Source of the DNA: Vermiphilus pyriformis
GTDB taxonomy: Bacteria; Babelota; Babeliae; Babelales; Vermiphilaceae
NCBI GenBank assembly: GCA_022559525.1
Contig: CP074345.1
Coordinates: 570,267-634,266 of the forward strand
DNA length: 64,000 nt
Direction of reading: 5' to 3'
This document shows, in pieces, positions 39,868 to 48,933 of the stretch (position 1 is its first letter; the number at the start of each line of letters is the position of its first letter). Position numbers and translations under genes: made by a program. Below the pieces are notes generated by a model. It saw only the letters and a program-made list of their open reading frames with translations. It did no database searches and was not told where the DNA came from.

Positions 39868-40752
39868 ATGAAATACAATCCATTATTCACTACGCTATAT
39901 ACACTTAATTTCCTAGCCATATCTGGCTCACTTTTCTGTCAAGATAGAAACATTGGATTGCCTGAGGAATTATTTTATTCTTTAACATCCAATTCATTAC
40001 AAAATATAATGCATAGTAGCACAACGCCACTGGATGCAATTGAACTGTTTATAAAAGAGTTTGGGGCATTATTAACAACTTCAAAAGCATCACATGAAAG
40101 TTATCGAACACTGGAAACAAAATTTATACAGCAATTATTTTTCAAATTTCCCTTACTCATAGATGTTATACTGCAAAATAACGGAGTTCTTGCACCCCAG
40201 GCATATATAGTAAATAGTTCCACAGACATAGAAAAAGAATTTGTAGAAAAAATTAATACCATGCCGCCAACATGGAAAAATAAGCTCTCAGTGATAGCTT
40301 TATCTCTGGCACAAGACAAACAATTAAAAGCACTCCGCTATCTTTACTACAGTGGAGTAAATTATATCAAACTTAATGATTCAGTTATAAAATACGTTAC
40401 TGATAATATAGGTTCTTTAAATCTAGCCGATACAATTTTTTTACCAGGCAAGTATTTAAGTGAACTTATCGTTCGATATGGTATGGCTGAAAATCTTGCA
40501 AAGCTATATGAAAATAAAATCATAAATTTAAGCAGCTTATTATATGCACTTGAAGCTGTGAATAAATATATAGAAATCAAAGAGCTCGATTATGATAGGT
40601 ATATGAGAGGATTCATGGATATGGACTTGGATCCAAGTTATTCAAGCGATCATAAAATACTCAATGAACAAGACAAAAAGAAAAAATACATTATCCGACT
40701 TAGAGCAAATCAAGAATTTCTTAAAAATTATATTAAAAAAATAAATCAATAA
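39868..40752 (+). CDS. signal-anchored protein with an LPEEL N-terminal motif
   Basis: 294-aa ORF. A hydrophobic N-terminus is followed by NIGLPEELFYSLTS, as in the 23781, 58569 and 59792 proteins. Confidence 0.55.
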   Translation: MKYNPLFTTLYTLNFLAISGSLFCQDRNIGLPEELFYSLTSNSLQNIMHSSTTPLDAIELFIKEFGALLTTSKASHESYRTLETKFIQQLFFKFPLLIDVILQNNGVLAPQAYIVNSSTDIEKEFVEKINTMPPTWKNKLSVIALSLAQDKQLKALRYLYYSGVNYIKLNDSVIKYVTDNIGSLNLADTIFLPGKYLSELIVRYGMAENLAKLYENKIINLSSLLYALEAVNKYIEIKELDYDRYMRGFMDMDLDPSYSSDHKILNEQDKKKKYIIRLRANQEFLKNYIKKINQ

Positions 40753-40782
40753 AGAGTTATAAAAACTGTTTTAAATCTAAGA

Positions 40783-40813
40783 CTAAGATGGCCAATCAAG
40801 GCCATCTTAGTTT
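40783..40813. terminator. bidirectional stem-loop between convergent genes
   Basis: CTAAGATGGCC, loop AATCAA, GGCCATCTTAG (11-bp perfect stem), followed by TTT. Confidence 0.7.
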
Positions 40814-40826
40814 CGTTACTAATGGA

Positions 40827-42899
40827 TTAAAATTTCCACTCAAGACCTATGTTTAGTGTAAACGCAGGATCATGATTAATGTTAGGTGTTTTGCCTCTAA
40901 AGCCGGTGGTATTAAGTTTATCAAGCTCACGGGCTTGCTCTCTATTTAAAGGTTTACCTTCAATATCATAATAGTGATCACCTGCTAAATACAGAGATCC
41001 GACACCATACAATTTAAGATCTTTAAGCAAATAGGTATAAGTGAAAGTATTAAGCTCAACACCTAAAAACTTGCTTGCTCGAGACCCTTGGATATCACGC
41101 TTGGTTGCAATATCAAATTTAGGCGTAGACTGCTCTTGCCAGTAGAATAAAATATTTGGATTCAACGAGAACCTGCGCGCCCAATCTTCAGGCTTCCAAT
41201 GGAATCCTGCACCAGTATGTACTAAATTAGTAAATCCAGTAATAGTAGGTGCGTATGGATTAATTGTACGTTCACTAAAAGGAGCTGATAGTATTCGTTT
41301 AATTTTACCCGCTCCACCTAATAAGAACGCACTGCGCACACGCTTACCAGTATAAATTTCCTGTAATCCAATGAACCCACGATAATTATAATCTTTATCA
41401 TGGTGATTTGGGTTATGGGTATCACCCGATGCCACGCCAGCTGCTACCGATACTTGGAATGAAGGCTTGAGCAACCATGAGCCATCAATTACAAAAAACC
41501 AACCATTATAAGTATTTTTATTTTCATTACGGAATCGCAATGGTGCATTATAAAGTTGATCAGCTTGAGCGGGAGCTACAGGAGCTGGCACATCGCCTAA
41601 CGCTGCACTATAGCCTGGTACGGTACCAATATATTCGCCATTATTAGACTCATCTTCAGCAGCACCATCGATAATTTCTTGTGCTTTTCGGCCTAATGAT
41701 CCAACTTGACCAGTAGGACTTATAGTAATAGTAGATTGAGGCACTTTATAGGGATCAAGGTTAGCTGGAGCCCCTGGTGCGCACGGATCGACACCCATAA
41801 CTACTTGGCTATTTACAAAAACAAGCTTACCTTCACGATTTTGTGCGTGGATTTGATTACGATCCCATGCACGCACTTTTTGACGACCTATGTTGAAAGC
41901 AGTTTCAAAACCAAATTCAACTCGTGGACCACCATACTCAAACATAAGACCAAACGTTGCTAATTTACTTTCAGCGTCAGCCAAAAATTCTACTTTTTGT
42001 TCAGGATCATTATTGTATAGCCAATATGGCTCAATCAAAACGTTCTTATCAGGACGATCAGCCAACGGATAAATTTTCAAACGCCCTGCCGTCAGGTAGT
42101 TAACACGACCAAATCCACGTGCAGGTCGTTGCAATCTGCCATACTCTTGTCCACGAATTTTTTCGCATGTATCGCCTAAAGTTGCACATTTATTTTCCAA
42201 AATAGCAACATAGATGTCGTAGAATAATGTTTTACGGAGAATTTCACCTGAAATCAATGCACCAAATGCGTATTGATCAATAATGCTTTCACTATAGAAA
42301 CCAAGAAGTTCTGGTCCGACCGCATATGCAGATCCTAGCGAAATACCACGGCCAAGCTCAAAAGGAAATGCTCCCAACGTAAACAAATGCTGATTTGCAA
42401 ATGGCAGATTTAAGGCGTGGTTAATCGAGAAACGCAACCAGCCTTCTCTCATCCAAAATATTTGACGAGGAAGGGCGTGTCTGTGTGAACCAGTAACCCA
42501 ATCGAGTATTTTTACATCAGAATTAATAGTAGGTGCTATACTACCTGGACTTCCCCAAATTGCTTTGTTACGCAAGGAGAACATAAATTCTGCAACAGTG
42601 ATACCATAAGTTTTTTTCCCATGAAGCACGTCGAGATTAAAATCAATTATATGGCGATTATAAAAAATTTGATCACATTCCAAGCTACTATTTAAAAAGC
42701 TAAGGTTTTTACCGTAAAACGTCTCGCCTTTATATAGGCCAGCTAATGTATAAGTCAAGTCAAGATCGGTTTTAGCAAGTATGCCTCGATCTCCTTGAGA
42801 AATTGCATGCAACAAAGTAGGATTCATAGACAACGTTGCAATTATTAATAAGAAGAGCCTAAAAGGTCTCCAGCCAGGTTTCATAAAAACAATCTCCAT
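40827..42899 (-). CDS. putative outer-membrane beta-barrel protein (about 685 aa)
   Basis: Signal peptide (LFLLIIATLSMNPTLLHA), abundant alternating aromatic/Gly beta-strand patterns, and the C-terminal ...GLEWKF ending in Phe, as is typical of OMPs. Confidence 0.65.
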   Translation of the reverse strand: MEIVFMKPGWRPFRLFLLIIATLSMNPTLLHAISQGDRGILAKTDLDLTYTLAGLYKGETFYGKNLSFLNSSLECDQIFYNRHIIDFNLDVLHGKKTYGITVAEFMFSLRNKAIWGSPGSIAPTINSDVKILDWVTGSHRHALPRQIFWMREGWLRFSINHALNLPFANQHLFTLGAFPFELGRGISLGSAYAVGPELLGFYSESIIDQYAFGALISGEILRKTLFYDIYVAILENKCATLGDTCEKIRGQEYGRLQRPARGFGRVNYLTAGRLKIYPLADRPDKNVLIEPYWLYNNDPEQKVEFLADAESKLATFGLMFEYGGPRVEFGFETAFNIGRQKVRAWDRNQIHAQNREGKLVFVNSQVVMGVDPCAPGAPANLDPYKVPQSTITISPTGQVGSLGRKAQEIIDGAAEDESNNGEYIGTVPGYSAALGDVPAPVAPAQADQLYNAPLRFRNENKNTYNGWFFVIDGSWLLKPSFQVSVAAGVASGDTHNPNHHDKDYNYRGFIGLQEIYTGKRVRSAFLLGGAGKIKRILSAPFSERTINPYAPTITGFTNLVHTGAGFHWKPEDWARRFSLNPNILFYWQEQSTPKFDIATKRDIQGSRASKFLGVELNTFTYTYLLKDLKLYGVGSLYLAGDHYYDIEGKPLNREQARELDKLNTTGFRGKTPNINHDPAFTLNIGLEWKF

Positions 42900-43135
42900 A
42901 AAAAATGTGTATTGGGTATAGCAAGGTTATTATTGATAAATTAAAAATGATAAAATGATCAGTAATGCTTATTCTATGTGAATATAGTCAGAATTTAGCG
43001 TAAATTTTTGTGATAATTTGTCAACAAGTTCAAAATATAAAACAAGCATAAATAGGGCATAAATCTCTAATTATATTTTTTCAATATAGTCCCCATATTC
43101 AATTTTTAGCCTTATACATTATATATGGAGTATCA

Positions 43136-43995
43136 ATGTCTATAATTTTACAAGAGTCTCAATTAATTGGAGCGCATTTATCTATTGAAGGAGGATACTA
43201 CAAAGCTCTGGAGCGAGCTAAGCAAATAGACGCTAATGCAGTGCAACTTTTTACCAAAAGTAATCGACAATGGGCAGCAAGACCACTTGCCAAGCTATTG
43301 AACTATTTAAAGAAAAACGAAACAGTTTAAATATTTACCCAGTAGCTCACGCAAGTTACTTAATTAACCTTGCATCGGATAACCCCGATATAATTTTGAA
43401 ATCAATAGAAAGTGCTTCCTGGGAAATTCAAACATGCCAAGCACTTGAAATACCTACCTTAGTACTCCACCCAGGCTCGGCAGGCAGTCAATCGCGTGAA
43501 CAAGCACTTGATAATATTGTCCGCAATCTAGACTACATATTTGAGAAGATACCCGGCTCAACATGTATCGCTTTGGAAACTATGGCTGGCCAAGGATCAG
43601 TGTTAGCCCGCTCTTTTGAAGAAATTGGTTATATTATCAATCAAAGTAAATATTCCGAGCGTTTAGGAGTATGTCTGGATACATGTCATGTATTTGCAGC
43701 TGGATACGATTTTACTACTGCAACCGGATACCAAGCTATGTGGAATCAATTTATAAACTATATACCTATTTCTTATTTGAAGGTTATACATGCCAATGAT
43801 TCTAAAAAACCAGCTGGATCACAAGTAGACCGTCATGAACATATAGGAAAAGGCTGTATAGGTATTGAAGCATTTTCTTTGCTTTGTAATGATCCAAGAC
43901 TTAGACATATTGTAAAAATAGTAGAAACACCTAAGGCGTCGCTCGAAGAAGATGCATATAACGTTAGAATTTTAAAATCATTAATAAAAAAATAA
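43136..43995 (+). pseudogene. nfo: endonuclease IV with a single frameshift
   Basis: ORF 43136..43330 ([10 protein letters not shown]...[10 protein letters not shown]) and overlapping ORF 43270..43995 (AHASYLINLAS, LVLHPGS, LETMAG, CLDTCHVFAAGYD, IHANDSK) together cover a full Nfo. The 860-nt span is not a multiple of 3. Confidence 0.85.
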
Positions 43996-44339
43996 GTAGC
44001 AGGTAAGGCAGCTTATGAGCTAAGAAAGAACTGTAGCAAAAACCTTACCTACTACTTATAGAATGTAAGCAGTGCTTATAACCATACTTCCTTCGTAAGG
44101 AGTTGAAGATGAAGGAGTATATTATGAGCGTTAGTATCTCTAGTTTGAAACATAGTTCATAAAAAACAACATGTTGCAAAAAATAATTTTTTGCGCAACC
44201 AAGAAACCCGCTATAATACTATATTCTTAAAAAAAAAGCTGTGCGTTTTGCAAAAAGCAACACTTTTGCAACATTTTGAAAAATGGGTTCAAAAAAACAC
44301 TGTAGAATACGCTATAATTTTTTTGGCCAAAAACACCAT

Positions 44340-44372
44340 AAAAAAGGCTGTGCAACATTTAAGTTCACAGCC
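44340..44372 (-). terminator. intrinsic terminator of infB
   Basis: On the minus strand: GGCTGTG, a 13-nt loop, CACAGCC, then a T-run of about 6. It lies about 35 nt after the infB stop. Confidence 0.7.
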
Positions 44373-44405
44373 TGAAAAGAATGCTTTGTTTTAGCGTATT
44401 TTTTC

Positions 44406-46553
44406 TTACTTTTTATCAGGTACCTGGATGAAGCATTCAACGCGATCATCAACTTGCCAGCCAAGTTCTTGGTCAACCATGAACCCACACTCAAAGCCAG
44501 CATGTACTTCTTTGACCGTTTTCTTGTCTCGTTGCAAGCTTGTTATCTTCGCTTGGCCAACCTTTTGTTTGCCGTGCCAGACTACAACTGAACCATCTTT
44601 AGTAAATAATCCTTCTTTGATATAACAACCGGCAATAACACCTAAGTTTTTAATATCAAAAATCTTACGGATCACAGCTTCACCAATTTTTTTAGAAATA
44701 TATTTTATTTCTTTCTTGGAATCAGCAATTTCCTGAAGACGATTGAGCAAATGATATATTACATCAAAGTACTCTATGGTAGTTTCACTTCTTTGAGCCA
44801 GTGCAAGAGCATTGGAATCAGCTTTTACATGTAAGGTAATGATAGTTGCATGAGCTGTCTTGGCCATCATTACATCACTCTCAGTGACAGGACCAATACC
44901 AGTACTCACAACGTTAAAACCTTTTTCAGATTTTTTAGACAACTTAGATATTGCATCAATCAAAGCTTCCTTTGATGAATTAGTATCTGTCTTGACTAAT
45001 ATATTGATAGAATTTTTTGCTGAAAATTGAGTTGATTGAGTCTTATTACGAGACTCTGCTTCTGACTGCGACTTACGTACTGAGCCTTTTTCCATTGCTT
45101 GAAAAACATCACCAGCATTAGGAAGTGCATCAAAGCCCGCCACTAAAACGGGAATTGATGGGCCAGCTTTTTGTAATCTTTTACCAAATGAGTCTACAAT
45201 TGAACTCACTTTTCCTGCAGTCGTACCGCAGGTAAAATAATCACCCATTTGAATGGTTCCTGTAAGACACAATATAGTAGCTACAGGCCCACGACCTTTT
45301 TCAATTTTTGATTCAAGAACATATCCGTGTGCAGGCACAGAAGGGTCAGCTTTAAGTTCTAGTAACTGCGATTGAAGTACAATCAAGTCAAGCAATTGAT
45401 CTACACCTTGGCCAGTTTTGGCAGATATAGGAACGCAAATTGTTTGCCCTCCCCATTCTTCAGGCAATAAGTCATGTTGAGCTAAATCACGCTTAACTGC
45501 ATCCATACGACTTGCATCAACTTTATCGATTTTATTAATTGCAACAATGATAGGCAAGTTGCTTTCTTTAGCGTGTTTTATAGCTTCAAGAGTCTGTGGC
45601 ATAATACTATCGTCCGCTGCGACTACTAGAATAGCAATATCAGCTACTTGAGCGCCACGCGATCTAATTTTTGAAAACGCCTCGTGTCCTGGTGTATCTA
45701 AAAATACAACATCACCCTTTTCAGTATGAGCTTGATATGCACCTAAATGCTGAGTAATTCCGCCTTTTTCTCTTAAAGCAACACGTGTATTACGTATATA
45801 ATCTAAAAGTGTAGTTTTACCATGATCAACGTGTCCCATTACAACAACTATAGGTAGTCGCTCAGTACCGGTCTCAAGCGCTTCCTTTTTAAACAAATTT
45901 TGTTTTTTTTGCTCAGGAACACGTGGCTGAACTTGATAAAATTCAGCTATTCTTTTGACCAACTCAGTATCAATTATTTGATTTTTATTAGATAGCATGC
46001 CCCATTTAAGCATGGTAACAATAAGATCATTCACGGGCTTTTGCAAGCTTAAAGCAAGATCACCTAATGTTTGAGACTCAAGAACAGCATATGGCTCTTG
46101 AATTTCAACTGCCTGTTTAATGGTTGCTGTGTTACGCGTTTGAATATGTGGCTTTGGACCTACTTGCTGTGATTTTACATGATTCAAAGCAGGTTTTCCT
46201 TGGTTCCTATGCTGATTTGGGCTCACTTTGTTTTGCTGCACCCTTTTGTCCTGATTATTTTCAGAAGACGATTGAGCTATAGGAGGATTATTTTTAGGTT
46301 GATTATTTGATAAATTCATTGATTTTTTTTGAACCGACTGATCCGAATAAGAGGGTGATTGTGGCACAGCAGTATGTTTAGGGTGTGATACAGCTTCGGG
46401 GGTTTTTTTTGTAAATTTTTGAGTTAAAGCATCCATCATAGGCTGTGTAATAACCGCCATATGACTTGACACAGTAAATCCTGCTTCTTGTAAAGCTTCG
46501 AGAGCTTGTTTATTGGAAATATCAAGCTGTTTTGAAAATTCATATACACGCAT
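44406..46553 (-). CDS. infB: translation initiation factor IF-2
   Basis: G-domain motifs GHVDHGKTTLLD, DTPGHEAF and NKID. It follows nusA on the same strand. Confidence 0.97.
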   Translation of the reverse strand: MRVYEFSKQLDISNKQALEALQEAGFTVSSHMAVITQPMMDALTQKFTKKTPEAVSHPKHTAVPQSPSYSDQSVQKKSMNLSNNQPKNNPPIAQSSSENNQDKRVQQNKVSPNQHRNQGKPALNHVKSQQVGPKPHIQTRNTATIKQAVEIQEPYAVLESQTLGDLALSLQKPVNDLIVTMLKWGMLSNKNQIIDTELVKRIAEFYQVQPRVPEQKKQNLFKKEALETGTERLPIVVVMGHVDHGKTTLLDYIRNTRVALREKGGITQHLGAYQAHTEKGDVVFLDTPGHEAFSKIRSRGAQVADIAILVVAADDSIMPQTLEAIKHAKESNLPIIVAINKIDKVDASRMDAVKRDLAQHDLLPEEWGGQTICVPISAKTGQGVDQLLDLIVLQSQLLELKADPSVPAHGYVLESKIEKGRGPVATILCLTGTIQMGDYFTCGTTAGKVSSIVDSFGKRLQKAGPSIPVLVAGFDALPNAGDVFQAMEKGSVRKSQSEAESRNKTQSTQFSAKNSINILVKTDTNSSKEALIDAISKLSKKSEKGFNVVSTGIGPVTESDVMMAKTAHATIITLHVKADSNALALAQRSETTIEYFDVIYHLLNRLQEIADSKKEIKYISKKIGEAVIRKIFDIKNLGVIAGCYIKEGLFTKDGSVVVWHGKQKVGQAKITSLQRDKKTVKEVHAGFECGFMVDQELGWQVDDRVECFIQVPDKK

Positions 46554-46634
46554 AAAACTTATCGCACCTTCTTACTACAGCGCATTAATATATTTAGTAT
46601 AAAAATGACGCATTTTATCTATTTTTTTTATACA

Positions 46635-47684
46635 TCAAGTTAATGAGCTGTTCTCTGTTGACGAGCTACTTTCAGAAGTTACCAGATGAATAGAGATACC
46701 TGCAAGTTGTGAAGCTAAATTTATATTCTGGCCCATCTTACCAATAGCCAATGAACGTTGATCGTCATCAAGCCATACTTGGGCATTATCTTGATCTATA
46801 AGTTCGACTCTATTTATTATAGCAGGTTTTAGAGCGTCCTTAATGAGCGTTTCCTTATGATCACTCCAGTGAATAACGTCAATTTTTTCTCCACCTAATT
46901 CTTTGAGAATAGGTTGGATTCGAGCGCCTTTTATACCTACACAGGTACCGACTGCGTCAACGTTTTCATCATTAGATGTAACTGCAATTTTTGATTTATA
47001 TCCTGCTGTTCGAACTATTTTTTTAACTTCAACTATATGATCATAAATTTCAGGAATCTCAAGCTCAAAAAGCCTTAGTAAGAATGTATCTGAAACTCGA
47101 TCAAGTATGAGTTGGTTATCATTGCGAGGTTCTTGAAGTACCTCTTTCAATAATGCTCTAATAGGATAACCTACAATACATTTATCAGTAGGAATACAAA
47201 GAGATTTTGGTAAAAACGCAAGATGATCTTGTAATTTTACTACAACGCCATTGCGTTCGCACTTATGGATTAAACCATGAACAATTGTATTTTCTTTGTC
47301 TTTAAATTGCTCATATACCGCATCACTTTCAATTTTGCGAATGCGCTGAGCGATAATTTGTTTAGCCCGTAAAATTTCAATTCGACCAATTTTACCATCA
47401 AATGGCATAACGATACGAGAACCTATTTCTGCTGATGGATTAATTATCTTTGCTTTTTTTAGACTAATTTGAGTGTCCTCATCTTCAACAGTTGGGACAA
47501 CCTCTTTTTCAACTTCAATAATAAGTTCATCTGACTTACGTTCATAATGAGCTTTGAAAGTAACATCGGGATAGCGCTTTGAGTATGCAGCTACCATGCC
47601 TTCACAAATAACTTCGCCCAAAACAGAGCGATCAAGGCCTCGTTCTTCTACCAACTCTTCAATGACGTCACCAAGTCTCATCAT
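46635..47684 (-). CDS. nusA: transcription termination/antitermination factor NusA (349 aa, no C-terminal AR domains)
   Basis: N-terminal domain, an S1 domain (VHGLIHKCERNGVVVKL) and KH domains (GACVGxxG-like GTCVGIKGARIQ, AIGKMGQNINLAS). Confidence 0.95.
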   Translation of the reverse strand: MMRLGDVIEELVEERGLDRSVLGEVICEGMVAAYSKRYPDVTFKAHYERKSDELIIEVEKEVVPTVEDEDTQISLKKAKIINPSAEIGSRIVMPFDGKIGRIEILRAKQIIAQRIRKIESDAVYEQFKDKENTIVHGLIHKCERNGVVVKLQDHLAFLPKSLCIPTDKCIVGYPIRALLKEVLQEPRNDNQLILDRVSDTFLLRLFELEIPEIYDHIVEVKKIVRTAGYKSKIAVTSNDENVDAVGTCVGIKGARIQPILKELGGEKIDVIHWSDHKETLIKDALKPAIINRVELIDQDNAQVWLDDDQRSLAIGKMGQNINLASQLAGISIHLVTSESSSSTENSSLT

Positions 47685-47910
47685 AATAAATTATCTTTGC
47701 AAAAATATGTAGTAAATCAGAACTATATTTGTATGTGCACATTTACAATGTAACCAAAATTATAAAACGCGCGTCCTTTTATATTAGTCAAAATACATAA
47801 AAGGCGCAAGTGGTATAAACTAAGCGCGTAAAGAGCAGTGAGGTTTTCCAATTGAAATCTTGAAATTTTGATATAAGTGCTATTTGATTATTTCAAAAGT
47901 TATCCACCAT

Positions 47911-47960
47911 GCCTACTATTATAAATATTTATATATATTTATATATTATAATAATAATAG
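47911..47960. other. AT-rich stretch, candidate DNA-unwinding element
   Basis: The block at about 47917..47960 contains only A and T, including ATATTTATATATATTTATATATTATAATAATAATA. It is bracketed by DnaA boxes in inverted orientation. Confidence 0.5.
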
Positions 47961-48181
47961 GCGTGGTGGATAAGTGGTGGATAACTTTTGAAAATAGGAT
48001 AATTGTTCCCTCTAGAGGCTTATTATGATATCAGTGGCGGGTGGTGGATAAGTGGTGGATAACTTTTGAAAATATATAAAAAACAGCTCTAGATCGATAA
48101 AAGTTATCCACCACCCGCTAAAACTGCCATCTGTAGGCAATTTTAAATAATTTTTAATAGACCTCTAAGGGGCCTGTAGAG

Positions 48182-48235
48182 TTATCCACCACTTATCCAC
48201 CACTTATCCACCACTTATCCACCAAGTTATCCACC
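48182..48235 (+). repeat. tandem 11-bp repeat CACTTATCCAC carrying four to five directly repeated DnaA boxes
   Basis: TTATCCACC starts at 48182, 48193, 48204 and 48215 (an exact 11-bp period), with a fifth box at 48227 (12-bp step). Confidence 0.85.
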
Positions 48236-48315
48236 ACTTAAAAAAATTCAATAAAAAATTATTTTATTTTAAGAGTTTTTATACTAATTCCATTAAAAAC
48301 ATTTGGCATTCTGGA

Positions 48316-48912
48316 CTATTGACTATTATTTTGTATGAGCTCAAAAGCACGCTTAATGTCACGAGTGAGTTCAGGAAGCCCAGCTGGATTACGTAAGACA
48401 TACGCAGGATGGTATGTTGGGACTACTTCAATTCCATTTACTACAAGTTTTGTGCCCCGCAGTTGTCCAATTTTGACTGGACGCTCAAGTAAGCCTTCCA
48501 AAGCAGAAGATCCAAGAGTACAAATAACTTTAGGTCGAATGATGTTTATTTGCTTTGTTAAGAGTAAGTCTTTGCATGTTTTCATTTCAAAAGAAGTAGG
48601 CTTACGGTTTTGGGGAGGACGGCATTTTACAATATTGGAAATGTATACGTGCGATCGTTCAAGACCTAAGGTAGCAAAAATGGTATTTAAAAGTTTTCCT
48701 GATCTTCCTACAAAGGGTTTTCCTTGAATGTCCTCATCTTGTCCTGGTCCTTCACCTATAAACATAAGACGAGCATCGGGGTTGCCAGAGCCAAATACTA
48801 CATGAGTTCGCCCTAGTGTTCCCAAGGGACATTCAATGCATTTTACATACGGACGGTATAACTCATCCAAAAGCTGTTGCTTGTAGTATGCGGGGTTCAT
48901 GATAATCCTCAA
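48316..48912 (-). CDS. family 4 uracil-DNA glycosylase
   Basis: GEGPGQDEDIQGKPFVGRSGKLL and the HPAYVLRNP motif. CxxC-type Cys residues near the N-terminus are typical of family 4/5 UDGs. Confidence 0.9.
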   Translation of the reverse strand: MRIIMNPAYYKQQLLDELYRPYVKCIECPLGTLGRTHVVFGSGNPDARLMFIGEGPGQDEDIQGKPFVGRSGKLLNTIFATLGLERSHVYISNIVKCRPPQNRKPTSFEMKTCKDLLLTKQINIIRPKVICTLGSSALEGLLERPVKIGQLRGTKLVVNGIEVVPTYHPAYVLRNPAGLPELTRDIKRAFELIQNNSQ

Positions 48913-48933
48913 GCAATGTATACATATTTCTTT

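Larger units (their letters stand above)
47900..48235. promoter_or_regulatory. cluster of 11 DnaA-box-like 9-mers (TTATCCACC); candidate oriC
   Basis: Plus-orientation boxes start at 47900, 48104, 48182, 48193, 48204, 48215 and 48227. Reverse-orientation boxes (GGTGGATAA) start at 47965, 47976, 48043 and 48054. Each matches the TTATCCACA consensus at 8 of 9 positions. Confidence 0.7.

Noticed and set aside
44191-44394. 67-aa plus-strand ORF in the nfo-infB gap
   Set aside because: It has no Shine-Dalgarno sequence and a low-complexity Lys/Asn-rich translation, and it runs through the infB terminator hairpin. It is probably non-coding.
48182-48235. Short tandem repeats that at first glance resemble a repeat array such as a CRISPR or minisatellite
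   Set aside because: The repeat unit is only 11 bp with no spacers, and the unit is itself a DnaA-box consensus. No cas genes are nearby. It is interpreted as DnaA boxes, not a CRISPR array.
48335-48727. 130-aa plus-strand ORF inside the UDG gene
   Set aside because: It lies entirely antisense to the well-conserved family-4 UDG coding sequence and has no independent support.
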